A stretch of DNA of 64,000 nucleotides from IMG/VR virus record IMGVR_UViG_3300037504_000149; one strand, given 5' to 3'. Source of the DNA: a virus. Lineage: Duplodnaviria; Caudoviricetes. The stretch's first letter is position 1. Each line of letters starts with the position of its first letter. The notes below the pieces were generated by a model. The model was not told the DNA's origin. It did not search any database and saw only the letters and a list, made by a program, of their open reading frames with translations. The translations under genes were made by a program, and so were the position numbers. Below, piece after piece: positions 38,233 to 45,632 of the stretch.

Positions 38233-38949
38233 ATGGCTAAGAAGGGTAACATTTTCGAGCGCATCGGCAACTTGATCAAGGCGACTATGAATCACCTCCT
38301 TGATAAAGCTGAGATGCCCGAGTATATGCTGAAGCAAGCAATCAAGGATATGCGGGATGAACAGCGTGGAATTACCGATGCGCTGCGTACCGTCAAGACG
38401 CAAATGATTCTTAACAAAAGGCAGATGGTTAGGAGTCGTGAAAGTGCTAAGATCGCTAAGGCTTACGTAGAAAAGTATCAGGACAGTCCTGATATCTCTG
38501 AGCGCATTCAAAACAACGTAGAGCTATCAGCAAGCAACTACGCCACACACATTAAAAACGCTCAGATGTGTAAGTCTAATCTGGAAGCTATGCAGGATAA
38601 GTATGATAAGCTTCTAGATGTTAGTGACAAGCTAGCGCTGATGATCGAGAAACTAGAGATGAGTGCTTCTCGATTGATTGCACAGCATAAAGCTGCTCAA
38701 AGCTTGAGAAAGGTTTACGAAGCGATGGCAGGTATCAACTACGGTGAAGCTATGGAAGTCTTCCAGCGGATGGAAGAACGCATCGAGCAGGAAGATGCTA
38801 TGGCTCAAGCCACTGCCGAAGTTGCAAGCGATCCGTCTCTGTCACCTGAGGCTGCTGAATTCATGAGCGGCACTGATGTGGATGGTCAAGTGGCCCTTGA
38901 CAAAATCTATAATGGTGAGGCAGACAGGGAAATTGCTGAACTAGAGTAG
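38233..38949 (+). CDS. pspA: PspA/IM30 (ESCRT-III-like) protein
   Basis: IFERIGNLIKATMNHLLDKAEMPEYMLKQAIKDM; FQRMEERIEQEDAMAQA. Confidence 0.88.
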   Translation: MAKKGNIFERIGNLIKATMNHLLDKAEMPEYMLKQAIKDMRDEQRGITDALRTVKTQMILNKRQMVRSRESAKIAKAYVEKYQDSPDISERIQNNVELSASNYATHIKNAQMCKSNLEAMQDKYDKLLDVSDKLALMIEKLEMSASRLIAQHKAAQSLRKVYEAMAGINYGEAMEVFQRMEERIEQEDAMAQATAEVASDPSLSPEAAEFMSGTDVDGQVALDKIYNGEADREIAELE

Positions 38950-38950
38950 A

Positions 38951-39093
38951 CCTTCCCATGCCTAATTGCGTGAGGCAAGCGAGGAATATAACACGCAAAG
39001 ATTAAAGTTGTGGCTAGGTAATATGTCGCCTTGAATAACTTTAATCACTTAAACACCAACGCTCATCGTGTTTAAGTTAAACTCCTCGCAAGG
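38951..39093 (+). ncRNA. putative pseudoknotted multi-stem ncRNA
   Basis: Five stems plus a 7-bp pseudoknot ttgcgtg/cacgcaa. Confidence 0.65.
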
Positions 39094-39098
39094 TTCTT

Positions 39099-39177
39099 AG
39101 TGGTAGCGTCGAAGGACGGAGTTACTTCGATTATAAAAGTCGGCACCCAAACTCTTTCCGCCTACTTACCTACCACT
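39099..39177 (+). ncRNA. Y RNA-like module 1 (short)
   Basis: Terminal stem agtggtag/ctaccact, GTCGAAG motif, GAGTTACTTCG, ACTTAC. Confidence 0.85.
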
Positions 39178-39181
39178 TTAT

Positions 39182-39333
39182 ATGAGAGCGTCGCAGTAAA
39201 GAGTTACTTCGCCTGCTAACTGGTAAGTTCTGGGTTCGAATCCCAGGGTGTACAACAAGTTTCACGAGACTTCGTACATCTAACTCAATGGTAGAGTAAC
39301 TAGAGAATCTCTTTACACCAACTTACCTCTCAT
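39182..39333 (+). ncRNA. yrlA: YrlA-type Y RNA with circularly permuted tRNA domain
   Basis: Stems atgagag/ctctcat and gtaaagag/ctctttac; T arm, acceptor, then D arm in permuted order. Confidence 0.92.
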
Positions 39334-39340
39334 TACCTAA

Positions 39341-39415
39341 ATGCGGACGCCGAAGTAGGGAGTTACTTCGTTTATTGGAAAACGCCTACTTCTCTCTACG
39401 CAACTTGCTTCGCAT
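39341..39415 (+). ncRNA. Y RNA-like module 3 (short)
   Basis: atgcgga/ttcgcat, GCCGAAG, gtagggag/ctctctac, GAGTTACTTCG, ACTTGC. Confidence 0.85.
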
Positions 39416-39419
39416 ACAC

Positions 39420-39487
39420 TGGCTATCGTCGATATGGATAGAGTTATAGTATTCCTCCAACACTAGACTCTTCCAATTACATAGCCA
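39420..39487 (+). ncRNA. Y RNA-like module 4 (divergent, CCTCC apical loop)
   Basis: tggctat/atagcca, CGTCGA, agagtt/gactct, ATTAC. Confidence 0.7.
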
Positions 39488-39494
39488 TCGAGTT

Positions 39495-39537
39495 AGGGTG
39501 AGGTAGACTTTCCTCCTTTCAACTACCTCACCCTCCA
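39495..39537 (+). ncRNA. perfect hairpin with anti-SD loop followed by CCA
   Basis: agggtgaggtag/ctacctcaccct, loop actttcctcctttcaa. Confidence 0.55.
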
Positions 39538-39541
39538 CTAC

Positions 39542-39629
39542 GGGCTAGTGGCGGAATTTTGGTAGACGCGCTGGTCTTAGGAACCAGTGGTCTTCGACCG
39601 TGAGGGTTCGACTCCCTCCTAGCCCACCA
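39542..39629 (+). tRNA. tRNA-Leu(UAG)
   Basis: Cloverleaf, loop CTTAGGA, variable arm, CCA. Confidence 0.93.
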
Positions 39630-39736
39630 ACCATAAATAACGTAAAATTACCTGAACTGAACGTGCTGTCAAAAATTGATTTCGAGTGCACGGTTAGAAA
39701 GTATGCACTCCTCGGGTACATAGATGAAGTATTTAA

Positions 39737-39810
39737 GGGGGCGTAGTATAACGGGATTACTCCTGCTTTGCACGCAGGGAATGGGGGTTCGATTCCCCCC
39801 GTCTCCACCA
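39737..39810 (+). tRNA. tRNA-Ala(UGC)
   Basis: G3:U70, loop TTTGCAC, CCA. Confidence 0.92.
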
Positions 39811-39865
39811 AACTACATACGATTACTTCAAACAACAAACTAATATAGAGATTGAAGGAGATGAA

Positions 39866-40279
39866 ATGCCTATTCAACATCACCCTAACAAACATTTATT
39901 ACATTACAAGACTCCTGACGTTACACAAGTTGACGTAGAAGATCGGGAGTCATCTCCCGATATTTTTGAAAATGGGTTATATGAACCAGGATATCACATG
40001 GATAATGAAGGTAATATAGAAATTTTAGAAGTGTCTCTCATTACTAATCCTCAACCTACTCCTAGTTATTGGTTAAAGACAGAAAATGATAATTACATCA
40101 AGTTTTACTACATCAAGAATACTCAAGAATTTATGTGGGAAAAAGGTAACGAAACAACTGAATTACCTGATAACAGTGAAGTTGTCGGTAGTATTACAAA
40201 TTCTGGTAGTATAGAATTTAAGGATATGTCTAAGTTAAGGGATGTTATTAAGAACGGTATTAGTACATATGATGGCTAA
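39866..40279 (+). CDS. hypothetical protein
   Basis: AAGGAG RBS. Confidence 0.65.
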   Translation: MPIQHHPNKHLLHYKTPDVTQVDVEDRESSPDIFENGLYEPGYHMDNEGNIEILEVSLITNPQPTPSYWLKTENDNYIKFYYIKNTQEFMWEKGNETTELPDNSEVVGSITNSGSIEFKDMSKLRDVIKNGISTYDG

Positions 40280-40377
40280 TCATATACTGGTACAAAATGC
40301 ATACAGTTATCAATAAGTATATACACTTTCGTCTCTGAAGGTTTTATTGTAACTTGGTGTATGTGAGAGGAAGATTT

Positions 40378-40453
40378 GGGGCGGTAACTCAGTTGGTAGA
40401 GTACCTGGCTTTTAACCAGGGGGTCGTGGGTTCAACCCCCACCCGCCCCACCA
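40378..40453 (+). tRNA. tRNA-Lys(UUU)
   Basis: Cloverleaf, loop CTTTTAA, CCA. Confidence 0.93.
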
Positions 40454-40487
40454 AATTATCCCAAAGAGGCGTATGTAGAACAAACAT

Positions 40488-40564
40488 AGGTCCGTAACTC
40501 AACTGGTTAGAGTACCTGCCTCTTAAGCAGGGAGTTGAGGGTTCGACTCCCTCCGGGCCTACCA
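40488..40564 (+). tRNA. tRNA-Lys(CUU)
   Basis: Cloverleaf, loop CTCTTAA, CCA. Confidence 0.93.
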
Positions 40565-40588
40565 AACCTTTATTACTTAGGAGATAGT

Positions 40589-40876
40589 ATGTGCCCGGCT
40601 GACCCAGAAATGTACCCCGAATGCAATAAGTTTAACAAAGCTTCAGGTAAGTATCACACTATTATGAATTTTATAGATTGGGCTTGTTCAAAAGGTTACA
40701 GCCTTGTCGAAGTAGATAAAATTGTGGCTGTAGGTAAAAATGGAATTAAACCTCTTGACGTAGATATTATTAGTCCAGAACCCGTTACTGAAGATGTTCT
40801 ATTTGAATACTTTGAGATAGATAGGGATAAGTTAGATGAAGAAAGAGATAGAATGGTGGAGTCCTTAAAAGAGTAG
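40589..40876 (+). CDS. hypothetical protein
   Basis: AGGAG RBS before ATG 40589. Confidence 0.7.
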   Translation: MCPADPEMYPECNKFNKASGKYHTIMNFIDWACSKGYSLVEVDKIVAVGKNGIKPLDVDIISPEPVTEDVLFEYFEIDRDKLDEERDRMVESLKE

Positions 40877-40972
40877 AGGGTCGTCGTGGGAAAAGCATAT
40901 GCTCATAGAACAGGTAGGCGTAAAGAATTGCGCAGTTTCAATACGTTTTGCAAAGTGCTGGAGTGTCTATCA

Positions 40973-41057
40973 GGAAGTGTAGACTAATGGTAAGTCATCG
41001 GTCTGGAACACCGTGGGGTGTAAGCCCTTGTAGGTTCGAATCCTACCACTTCCGCCA
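40973..41057 (+). tRNA. tRNA-Ser(GGA)
   Basis: Loop CTGGAAC, variable arm, G73-CCA. Confidence 0.9.
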
Positions 41058-41086
41058 TACACATAGCAACACTTAAGAGATAAACC

Positions 41087-41353
41087 ATGCTAAAAGATAC
41101 CCATCTAGATCAGATAGATAAATGTACTGCTCAGTTGATGAATACTAATCTACGCCATGATTGTACTGTATTAGGTATACCTAAAAAGCAACATCAACCG
41201 CTTAAGGGAAATATAACTTGCCCTCATTGTAATACACTGATTCCAATAGAAAGTAAGATGAAGATTGGTAAAGGAAATACTGTGACAGTCACTAGTGATA
41301 TTCCACGAGAATGTCCTAACTGCCATAAAGATCTTAAAGTTGTTGTTAGATAG
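41087..41353 (+). CDS. zinc-ribbon protein
   Basis: CPHC...CPNC. Confidence 0.65.
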   Translation: MLKDTHLDQIDKCTAQLMNTNLRHDCTVLGIPKKQHQPLKGNITCPHCNTLIPIESKMKIGKGNTVTVTSDIPRECPNCHKDLKVVVR

Positions 41354-41438
41354 TGCTGAACTTCTCCTAACCTCCCCGTAGGGGTAGTGGGGATTATAAT
41401 TACTACCCCATTTAAAAGTTTGATTTTGTGTGTATTGT

Positions 41439-41524
41439 GTCGGAGTGTCGAAATGGAAGACGCGGAAGATTCAAAATCTTCTAAAGGTTACTTTATGAGG
41501 ATTCAAATCCCTCTTCCGGCATCA
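41439..41524 (+). pseudogene. degenerate copy of tRNA-Leu(CAA)
   Basis: Near-identical to 19210-19295, with D-stem and T-stem substitutions and ATCA instead of ACCA. Confidence 0.8.
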
Positions 41525-41544
41525 GATTATAACGATGGAGAGGT

Positions 41545-42342
41545 ATGGTGTATAAAGCCACAGATTTAAAAAATTTGTTACGCAAATACCACAAACCGCC
41601 GGAATGGGCAATCTTTTTCGAAGTTAGTGATGCTACAGGCGCGAGGGCGAGTCGTTATGCGGACGCCGTGGCGATAAACCTCTGGCCTTCTCGCGGATTG
41701 ACACTGCGGGGCTTTGAGATCAAAGTTTCGCGCAGTGACTACAAGAGGGAGTCACAGATACCAGAAAAGGCAGAAGCTGTCGCTCGTTACTGTGATGAGT
41801 GGTGGATTGTGTCTCCACAGGGGTTGATAAATACTCCAGAATTAGAGTTGCCTACAGCATGGGGTTTACTTGAAGCGGCTGACAATAAACTTCACATTAC
41901 TAAGGCTGCAGAAAAAACAAAAGCTGCGCCACTTGACCGTACATTTTTCGCATCCTTGTGTAGGGCTGCACATAAGCGTATTGTAAAAATCGAGAAAACT
42001 TCCGTAGCACGATCTGACATTCAGCCTACGCTTGATGATGCTTTTAAACGCGGGAAGGCTCAGGCAGCAGCCCAAGCCGAACGTCAGATTGATCGTAGAG
42101 TAAAAGATGCAGAACGTAAAGAGGCCAAGATTAAAGAATTTACAAAGGCAACAGGACTCAGTGCTGACGCTCTTGGTGGGATGCTTATTCGCTATAGGGT
42201 TGGTGAGGCGTTCATGGCAGAGGTTGGTAATCCTACTGCGACAAAAGGTGCAATAAGAAGCGCACAGCGAGTACTTAGTGATATTATGAAGACTATAGAT
42301 AAATTAAATGATGCCTATATGCGGGGGATGGACGGCCGATGA
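41545..42342 (+). CDS. PD-(D/E)xK nuclease-like protein (MmcB-like)
   Basis: FEV...RYADAVAINLWPSRG...GFEIKVSRSD...CDEWWIV. Confidence 0.75.
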   Translation: MVYKATDLKNLLRKYHKPPEWAIFFEVSDATGARASRYADAVAINLWPSRGLTLRGFEIKVSRSDYKRESQIPEKAEAVARYCDEWWIVSPQGLINTPELELPTAWGLLEAADNKLHITKAAEKTKAAPLDRTFFASLCRAAHKRIVKIEKTSVARSDIQPTLDDAFKRGKAQAAAQAERQIDRRVKDAERKEAKIKEFTKATGLSADALGGMLIRYRVGEAFMAEVGNPTATKGAIRSAQRVLSDIMKTIDKLNDAYMRGMDGR

Positions 42343-42417
42343 GGGTGTTAGAGGTACTAACCGGGTGATGAAAGGCACCCTCTAAACCCGTAGGGTTTAA
42401 TGGGTTTAGTAAACCAG
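42342..42417 (+). repeat. about 75-bp multi-hairpin repeat copy 1
   Basis: gggtgatgaaaggcaccc + ctaaacccgtagggtttaatgggtttagtaaacc; recurs at 42740-42817. Confidence 0.85.
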
Positions 42418-42425
42418 GGAGAGTT

Positions 42426-42662
42426 ATGATGAATGCCCTGAAGTGGATTGCACTCGTCGCATCCGTGATCATACTACTTGCTGCGGGAGTGACGGGCTCG
42501 GTCATCCTGATGATGGCTGGCATTTTCGGCTGTATTGTGAGCTTGGTGGCGATCAAGCTAGACTGGTGTGAGGCTCGTGCGATAGCCGTCATCATTATAG
42601 GCACTGCTACGAGCATAGCAGCTTTGGCCTCATTGCTATGGTTGCTATGGTTGATAAGCTAG
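42426..42662 (+). CDS. small membrane protein
   Basis: Three hydrophobic helices, higher GC than flanks. Confidence 0.65.
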   Translation: MMNALKWIALVASVIILLAAGVTGSVILMMAGIFGCIVSLVAIKLDWCEARAIAVIIIGTATSIAALASLLWLLWLIS

Positions 42663-42739
42663 ACGGGGGTCTAATGGTACAGTACATAAAAATGTCTAAC
42701 GAGGAGTTCTTCATTACACAGCTTACAGATAGCACTTTC

Positions 42740-42817
42740 AGGGTTTAGGGAAACCTAACAGGGTGATGAAAGGCACCCTTCTAAACCCGTAGGGTTTTAA
42801 TGGGTTTAGTAAACCTG
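42740..42817 (+). repeat. about 75-bp multi-hairpin repeat copy 2
   Basis: See copy 1. Confidence 0.85.
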
Positions 42818-42827
42818 GTAGATATAA

Positions 42828-43817
42828 ATGCTTAAACTTATACAAGGTGATTGTCTAAAAACGATGCAGCAGGAAATTCCTGCCAATAGTATTGATAGTA
42901 TAATTACTGATCCGCCCTATGGGATTGGTTTTCTAGGAGCAAAGTGGGATTCTCTCCCTCCCGGAAAAGAAGTTTTTGAGGAGTGTTTGAGGGTACTAAA
43001 GCCAGGTGGTTATCTCTTATCTTTTGGAGGTACTAAAACTTATCACAGAATGGCAAGTGCAGTTGAGGATGCAGGATTCGAAATTAGGGATATGATAGAA
43101 TGGGTTTACGGTAGTGGTTTCCCTAAAAGTTATAATATATCAAAAGGTATAAACAAACTAGATGATAAACTTATTGAAAAATCATCCGAATGGGAAGGAT
43201 GGGGTACGGCGTTAAAACCTGCACATGAACCAATCTGTATGGCGAGAAAGCCTTTAGAAGAGAAAACAATTGCTAGGAATGTATTAAAATATGGAACAGG
43301 CGGGATAAATGTAGATGAGTGTAGAGTAGGAGGTATCTCTGGTCGCTTTCCCGCTAACTTCATTCATGACAATAGCGAAGAACTTAGAGAATGCTTTCCT
43401 GAGACAAAGAGTGGTACAATATCTAAAAATTATAAGCAAAAGAAAAGATTTGATGTGGGGGAAAAAGGTAAAGGTAGTAATTTAGATGAGAGCAACTGCT
43501 ATGGAGATTCGGGTAATGCCCTCCGCTTTTTCAAGTCCATAAAGTATTGTGCAAAAGCAAGTAGGAAAGAGCGGGGAGAGTACAATAAACATCTAACAGT
43601 TAAACCTATCGCTCTTATGGAATACCTTGTGACTATGACTACAAAAGAAGGTGGTACGGTTCTAGATCCGTTTATGGGTAGTGGTACTACAGGTATTGCT
43701 TGTATGAATTTAGATCGACGTTTTATCGGTATAGAGTTAGACCCTGCATATTACAAACTTACTAAAAGAAGGATAAGTGAAAATACTTATGATAAACAAA
43801 GGGATAAAGATGTTTAA
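42828..43817 (+). CDS. N6A/N4C DNA methyltransferase (beta class)
   Basis: TDPPY, ALKPAHEPI, HLTVKP, DPFMGSGTT. Confidence 0.93.
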   Translation: MLKLIQGDCLKTMQQEIPANSIDSIITDPPYGIGFLGAKWDSLPPGKEVFEECLRVLKPGGYLLSFGGTKTYHRMASAVEDAGFEIRDMIEWVYGSGFPKSYNISKGINKLDDKLIEKSSEWEGWGTALKPAHEPICMARKPLEEKTIARNVLKYGTGGINVDECRVGGISGRFPANFIHDNSEELRECFPETKSGTISKNYKQKKRFDVGEKGKGSNLDESNCYGDSGNALRFFKSIKYCAKASRKERGEYNKHLTVKPIALMEYLVTMTTKEGGTVLDPFMGSGTTGIACMNLDRRFIGIELDPAYYKLTKRRISENTYDKQRDKDV

Positions 43818-44258
43818 AGAAAAATCCGAGGACACGAATTATGGCATCATTGAAGATCGGCTTAGGGTTAATGAAGGCAATGAGCTAGTAGATGTACAGG
43901 TATGTAATAATGTCGGCATTTGGATGACCGTCGTTCGTTTTATTACTGACAAATGAGGAGAGATGGATACCAAACCAAAAAGAAAGAGAAAGAAGATAGA
44001 TCCGTATGACCTTTCTTCTGTACATAAACTCTTAGAAAAGAGTTCTTTGAGAAGTGCAGAAAAGCGCAGAAAAAACACTAGGAATAAAAATAGTTTCCGA
44101 ACAGCATATGACCTGACAAAACGACCTTGGGACTGACAAATGATAAGTGATTTAGTTTATTACTTAGATTAGTTAGATATAATCACACCAGTATTACTGC
44201 TGGCACGGGAATCTCTTTTGTGGGCTCCTGATATGTCAGACGATACCCTTAAGGAGCT

Positions 44259-44759
44259 GTGATGATTTATATAGATATTTTTCCATACGACGATGATTGT
44301 ACTGAGTGGGGTTGGGGTATTACTATTTTCACAGAAAAGAGATGTAATTCTCTGTCCCCTACTACAATACACGATAGTAAAGATGATGCCCGTAACGCTG
44401 CGCTAAAATGGACTAAAGAGATGGATATTTCTGCTGAATTCCGCGAAAGTGAAGACTCTAGGTATTTTGACTGGCCTCTAAAATTTAGAAATGTACAGAC
44501 CTTTTATTGCACCTGCGGTGGAGTTGGAATACAAGTAGCACATTATCCTGCTGATTCAGTTAGTCCTAAAACAACACATATATCTTATGTTGCAGTGAAC
44601 CCACATAACATAGGTTTGTGGGATCGCATTAAGAAAGGATTTCGCTACATTTTTACTGGAAAACCTGTAGTAAACCATACGGTAGAGCTGGAAGAGGAAG
44701 GTGTCAAAGCGTTGATAGACTTCCTGCAACAAAGTTTTATCTTCGAAGAAAAAGAGTAA
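44259..44759 (+). CDS. hypothetical protein
   Basis: AAGGAG RBS. Confidence 0.7.
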   Translation: MMIYIDIFPYDDDCTEWGWGITIFTEKRCNSLSPTTIHDSKDDARNAALKWTKEMDISAEFRESEDSRYFDWPLKFRNVQTFYCTCGGVGIQVAHYPADSVSPKTTHISYVAVNPHNIGLWDRIKKGFRYIFTGKPVVNHTVELEEEGVKALIDFLQQSFIFEEKE

Positions 44760-44780
44760 CTAGATCGGACAAGCGTAGTG

Positions 44781-44807
44781 TTCGGTTCGAGTCCGGACCA
44801 GGACACC
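44781..44807 (+). other. tRNA 3'-fragment remnant (T arm + acceptor strand)
   Basis: ttcgg ttcgagt ccgga ccaggac acc with no matching 5' half. Confidence 0.4.
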
Positions 44808-44864
44808 CTATTAATATTACCAATCTACTTGATGCATAATAAAACCCTCTCCAAGGAGACTTCT

Positions 44865-45089
44865 ATGTCCAGCCATACAGTGCGAATTAGTGATGAGAGC
44901 AAAAGACAACTGGAGCAACTGTCTGCGTTCTATCAGCTCAGTCAGATAAAGACTCTGGAGATGTGTCTGGAAGCCGCTTATCGTGAAAAGATTTTAGAAG
45001 AGGCTAATCGAGCTTATGCGCGGCAGAGGGTTAATAAAGTTGCTTGGCAGGAGGAGCAGGAAGAACGTAAGCTGTGGGGTATCTATTAA
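44865..45089 (+). CDS. orphan antitoxin-like ribbon-helix-helix protein
   Basis: MSSHTVRISDESKRQLEQL...LEEANRAYA...AWQEEQEERKLW resembles antitoxins of MazF/PemK modules. Confidence 0.6.
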   Translation: MSSHTVRISDESKRQLEQLSAFYQLSQIKTLEMCLEAAYREKILEEANRAYARQRVNKVAWQEEQEERKLWGIY

Positions 45090-45176
45090 GGTGCTTTTCT
45101 TTAAAGACACGAGGAAATTAAGATGAAAATAAATCTAGAGATATCAACAAATTAGAGGATAGGGGTTTAACAGCTT

Positions 45177-45605
45177 ATGCGACGAGGTACATCTCTCAAG
45201 CTACTACAAGAAGTTAAGGCACGTCAAAACCCCTCCCACCCCTTATATTACCAACCTTTTATATCCTCTAAGAGTAATTTACTTAGAGATTACTACAAAT
45301 CTAAACTTAATATACCAACTGAATTTAGGGTTATTACTAACCATTGCTCTACTATAATTGCTAAAAACTATAATCGTGTAGTGGTTGGTGATTATGGAGC
45401 TTATGTAGAATTTACTAAAGAACAGTTAAAGGCAGAATTAACTAATAAATTTGGTAAAGCTAAACGCAGGGGATTGAAATATATTTGGAAACAAACTGTA
45501 GACTCATGTCACACTAAAGTTTATTTCCAATTAAGACGTGTACAATATGCAGATTACATTCCCGGCCATTATTACATAGATCCTGCACATCTAAACTGGG
45601 TATAG
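45177..45605 (+). CDS. hypothetical protein
   Basis: RVVVGDYGAYVEF...VQYADYIPGHYYI. Confidence 0.7.
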   Translation: MRRGTSLKLLQEVKARQNPSHPLYYQPFISSKSNLLRDYYKSKLNIPTEFRVITNHCSTIIAKNYNRVVVGDYGAYVEFTKEQLKAELTNKFGKAKRRGLKYIWKQTVDSCHTKVYFQLRRVQYADYIPGHYYIDPAHLNWV

Positions 45606-45632
45606 ACAAAAGTTGTTTAAGGGAGTATCTTT

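Noticed and set aside
39099-39487. CRISPR or mini-array reading of the repeated GAGTTACTTCG motif
   Set aside because: Repeats are short, unevenly spaced and embedded in individually base-paired stems; no cas genes. The Y-RNA architecture explains them.
41381-41409. ggggtagt/actacccc hairpin as a second IS end
   Set aside because: No partner TIR or TSD found; more simply a terminator-like hairpin.
12608-41569. ORF-track entries overlapping tRNAs (e.g. 12608-12841, 17090-17275, 23723-24013, 39545-39895, 41387-41569)
   Set aside because: They are translations of tRNA or pseudo-tRNA sequence with no RBS; starts of real genes were trimmed accordingly.
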